The position numbers and the translations under genes are program-made. DNA of 64,000 nucleotides. Source: a virus. The stretch is taken from the IMG/VR virus record IMGVR_UViG_3300042561_000572, positions 30,156 to 94,155 of that record. One strand, 5' to 3'. Below the pieces are notes generated by a model that worked only from the letters and a program-made list of their open reading frames with translations, made no database searches and was not told where the DNA came from. Within the stretch, counting starts at the first letter, position 1, and each line of letters begins with the position of its first letter. Positions 60,993-64,000 of the stretch are shown in pieces.

Positions 60993-63182
60993 ATGGGCAG
61001 ACCACAATTAGAATATACAACTAAAGACTTTTTAAATGATCTATTAACAGATTTAACAGAAGCCTCAATAAACACACCACAAGGTAGCAATATAGACATT
61101 GTTACCTTTGCTAATTCTATACTATTTAATGACAGTACAACTAAGTTATGGCCCACACAAGAAGCTATATTAAAGGCAATATATAATGAGCCATTAGAAC
61201 AAGTACATATAGATATATTAAATATATGGAAAGAGCAAGGTAAAACTAACTGGATGGAAGGTAGAACTTATACTAACTTAATCTTAGAAGCTGGTAGAGG
61301 CTGTCCAGTTGAAACATCAACTATAATTACCTCTGTAGGCACTATTACATATAAAGAATTACATGCAAGAAAAGATGAAGATATATACATCTACACATTA
61401 GATCCAACTACCTATAAAGTATATCCCACTAACAAATTTACAACATGGGACCAAGGATTACAAAAGTCTTATAGTATAACACTTAAATCAGGTAAAACAG
61501 AAGAAGTTACTGATAATCATCCTTATCTTGTAAAGACTGCATTTGGTACTTGTTGGATACAGGTTAAAGACTTAAATAAGAAAGATAAAGTAGGTGTTTT
61601 AAATAACTTAACCTTTGACCAAGCTAATACTAATTACTCTATTGAATGGGAAGAAGTAACCAAAGTTAAAGCTATTGGATATAAAAACATCATTGGGTTT
61701 GAGGTTGATGATACACACATCATTGGTAACTCTATTGTTAGTCACAATAGTAGCAAGTCATCAATGAGTTCAATTATATGTTTATATGAGTTTTACAAAC
61801 TTATATCTTTACCAGATCCAGGCTTACATTATGGCTTAATGTCCTTTACACCTATAGCATTATTTGCCATTGCACAAACAGAAAGTCAAGTATTAGAAAC
61901 AAGTTTTAAAGCTATTAAGTCCTTCTTAGAGAATAGTAACTTCTTTAAATCTTTAATTAAGAAAAAGAAAATAGTAGTATTAGCAGATGAGATTAGATGT
62001 CCTGATAAGTTTGTATCTTTATATGCCAAACATACTAACTCTAAAGCTTTAGTAGGTTACAACCTAAAACTGTTATTCATTGATGAAATGGCACGTTTTG
62101 AAACAACTGCTGATGGTATTAATACAGGACTAAACATTTATGAAAATATTGGGAGAGGATTAAACAGATTTAAAGGTGCTGGTAAAAAGATAGTGGTATC
62201 ATCTGCATGGTCATTTACAGATCCAATGGTAAGTTTAAAGCATAGAGCAGCAGGAGATCCCTATTCACTTATATTAGAACTAACATGTTTTGATGTTAAT
62301 CCTAACATTACTAGGAGTAGTCCAGACATTATATCTGACTATTCATCTGAACCAAAAAGAGCTAGATTAGAGTATGAAAATATAAGAAGTAGCAATGAAA
62401 ACTCCTTTTTAGAAGCAGACTTATTAGATAGTTTATGTACAATACAATCATCAATAGATGCAATTGAATACAACTTAGACATAGATGATAGATACTATAA
62501 AGGTATTAGAATAGCAAGAATATCTAACATTAATACAGCTTGTTTTATACATGTAGATACAAGCCTTAAAAAGGATGCTACAGCAATGTCTATAACAACT
62601 ATTAATAATAAAGGACAAATAGAAGTAATAGGAGTTGCTTGCTGGACACCAGGTATAGATGATAAAGGTAAGTTTAGAGAAGTATCTTATATAAACATTG
62701 AAGAAATACTTATATATATAAGTCAATACATGAACATAATGTCCATCTCTTTTGATGGTTTTAACTCATCATCATTAAATCAAAACTTATATAGTAGAGG
62801 CTTAAACACAAAGATTGTTTCTTTTAGTAGAGAGAAACAACTATCTTATTACAACTTATTAAAACAATTAATACAAAGAAAAGATGTATTATTTCCTAGA
62901 GATAGTCCTTGGACAGCACTTATTAAAACAGATTTACCATCACTTGTTATTAAAGATAATGGTCAAATTGTTCACCCCTATGGAACTAAAGATTTACCTG
63001 ATGCATTAGCAGTATCAATATTTGAAGCTTATACTTATGGTTCTAACTGTAACTTAATTAATAAGATTGAATTAAAAGCACCAAGATTAGTAAATATAAA
63101 TACTCCTAGAAAGATAGTAACAGGAAGCTCTATAAATAGATTAGAACATCATAAACAACAACTTAAATATAGAACATTTTAA
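60993..63182 (+). CDS. terL: terminase large subunit with intein
   Basis: LWPTQ, Walker A AGRG|SSKS split by intein, Walker B LLFIDE, nuclease FIHVD, SFDGFNS and KDLPDALA. Confidence 0.9.
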   Translation: MGRPQLEYTTKDFLNDLLTDLTEASINTPQGSNIDIVTFANSILFNDSTTKLWPTQEAILKAIYNEPLEQVHIDILNIWKEQGKTNWMEGRTYTNLILEAGRGCPVETSTIITSVGTITYKELHARKDEDIYIYTLDPTTYKVYPTNKFTTWDQGLQKSYSITLKSGKTEEVTDNHPYLVKTAFGTCWIQVKDLNKKDKVGVLNNLTFDQANTNYSIEWEEVTKVKAIGYKNIIGFEVDDTHIIGNSIVSHNSSKSSMSSIICLYEFYKLISLPDPGLHYGLMSFTPIALFAIAQTESQVLETSFKAIKSFLENSNFFKSLIKKKKIVVLADEIRCPDKFVSLYAKHTNSKALVGYNLKLLFIDEMARFETTADGINTGLNIYENIGRGLNRFKGAGKKIVVSSAWSFTDPMVSLKHRAAGDPYSLILELTCFDVNPNITRSSPDIISDYSSEPKRARLEYENIRSSNENSFLEADLLDSLCTIQSSIDAIEYNLDIDDRYYKGIRIARISNINTACFIHVDTSLKKDATAMSITTINNKGQIEVIGVACWTPGIDDKGKFREVSYINIEEILIYISQYMNIMSISFDGFNSSSLNQNLYSRGLNTKIVSFSREKQLSYYNLLKQLIQRKDVLFPRDSPWTALIKTDLPSLVIKDNGQIVHPYGTKDLPDALAVSIFEAYTYGSNCNLINKIELKAPRLVNINTPRKIVTGSSINRLEHHKQQLKYRTF
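61302..61748 (+). mobile_element. mini-intein (149 aa, no homing endonuclease)
   Basis: Starts CPVETS, block B TDNHPY, ends IVSHN followed by Ser; removal restores GRGSSKS. Confidence 0.92.
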
Positions 63183-63184
63183 TA

Positions 63185-63979
63185 ATGACTAGTACTATTA
63201 GAACGCCTATTATATTCTCCTTAGAATCATTTATAGAGGATGATATAGATCCAACAATACCTTTACCCAATCCAGTTACACCTGATAATGAATTAAGTTT
63301 AATAACTAAACCAATATACTTAGCTAATAGATATTACTTAGTTATAAAACCGCCAGCAGAAATTAGAAATGATACAGGTTATATACCTAAACCATTTACT
63401 TACTACATACCTTGGGAAGGTATATATAAGAATCAAGTTAGATTAGGTTTAATACCAACTATAGGATGGGGAGAAGGCTCATGTTATACAGTTGAATATT
63501 GGGAATGGACACCCAGAATATTACCAAAGATATATAAGAAAACACCAATAAAACATAAGTTATTAAAGACAGAACATTGGTTAATACCTCATCCAATTGG
63601 TAGATTTCTTATTAACTATAACTATATAGATACAACTAAACTTAAAGCAACAAGTTTATCATTAACATCAACTGGTAATCCTATATCTCTTATTAATTAC
63701 AATGATGTATTAATAACTACAACCATTAATAGTACTTCTACTAATTATTCAATTGCACCAACCATTGAAACTAATACAAGTCTAATACAAAGAGCAGTTA
63801 ATTATAAAAAGACAACAAACTTACTTTTAACCACAACTATACCTTCTGGTTCAGTGTTTACATTAGAATACATTAAACCTTTAACTATAAAACAAATACT
63901 ATTTAAGAATAGTATGCATCCTCAAGGTATATACATTAATAACAGTTCATTTGTACAAAACACTGCTTTATCCTTTTAA
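63185..63979 (+). CDS. hypothetical protein
   Basis: 264-aa ORF directly after terL. Confidence 0.6.
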   Translation: MTSTIRTPIIFSLESFIEDDIDPTIPLPNPVTPDNELSLITKPIYLANRYYLVIKPPAEIRNDTGYIPKPFTYYIPWEGIYKNQVRLGLIPTIGWGEGSCYTVEYWEWTPRILPKIYKKTPIKHKLLKTEHWLIPHPIGRFLINYNYIDTTKLKATSLSLTSTGNPISLINYNDVLITTTINSTSTNYSIAPTIETNTSLIQRAVNYKKTTNLLLTTTIPSGSVFTLEYIKPLTIKQILFKNSMHPQGIYINNSSFVQNTALSF

Positions 63980-64000
63980 ATAAAACATAAATTATTATTA

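Noticed and set aside
14965-62726. Minus-strand ORFs overlapping structural genes (e.g. 14965, 15705, 20085, 21453, 25536, 30188, 40607, 55419, 62475)
   Set aside because: Antisense to well-supported genes, with the composition expected from reverse-strand codon bias
1-64000. Stop-codon reassignment, tRNA or rRNA genes
   Set aside because: Genes are long and tightly packed in the standard code; intergenic gaps are short and AT-rich with no cloverleaf seen

Overview
This 64-kb window is the virion-morphogenesis region of a large, very AT-rich, CpG-depleted contractile-tailed phage (myovirus morphotype). The host is probably a cyanobacterium; this is an inference from the cyanobacterial-style M23 domain only. 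The + strand carries tail-assembly chaperones with a lambda G/GT-type GGGAAAG -1 frameshift, a DUF935-type portal, Mu-I-like protease/scaffold, major capsid, neck, sheath, tube, hub, spike, three peptidoglycan hydrolase domains, baseplate, fibre and DUF4815-type proteins, and an intein-containing large terminase. Accessory inserts include a SWIM protein, four tandem paralogs, Dps, a GIY-YIG endonuclease, a hairpin-bounded pair of truncated tail-tube paralogs and a flavin monooxygenase. The standout is a 4035-aa minus-strand protein, head-to-head with the chaperones. It has N-terminal phospholipase-D (HKD) domains, then ordered beta-like and beta-prime-like two-barrel RNA polymerase motifs including DFDGD, then a Gly/Ala-rich hydrophobic tape-measure-like C-terminus. 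It is a candidate virion-packaged PLD-RNAP-tape-measure polyprotein. All family calls come from motif reading by eye; no searches were run.
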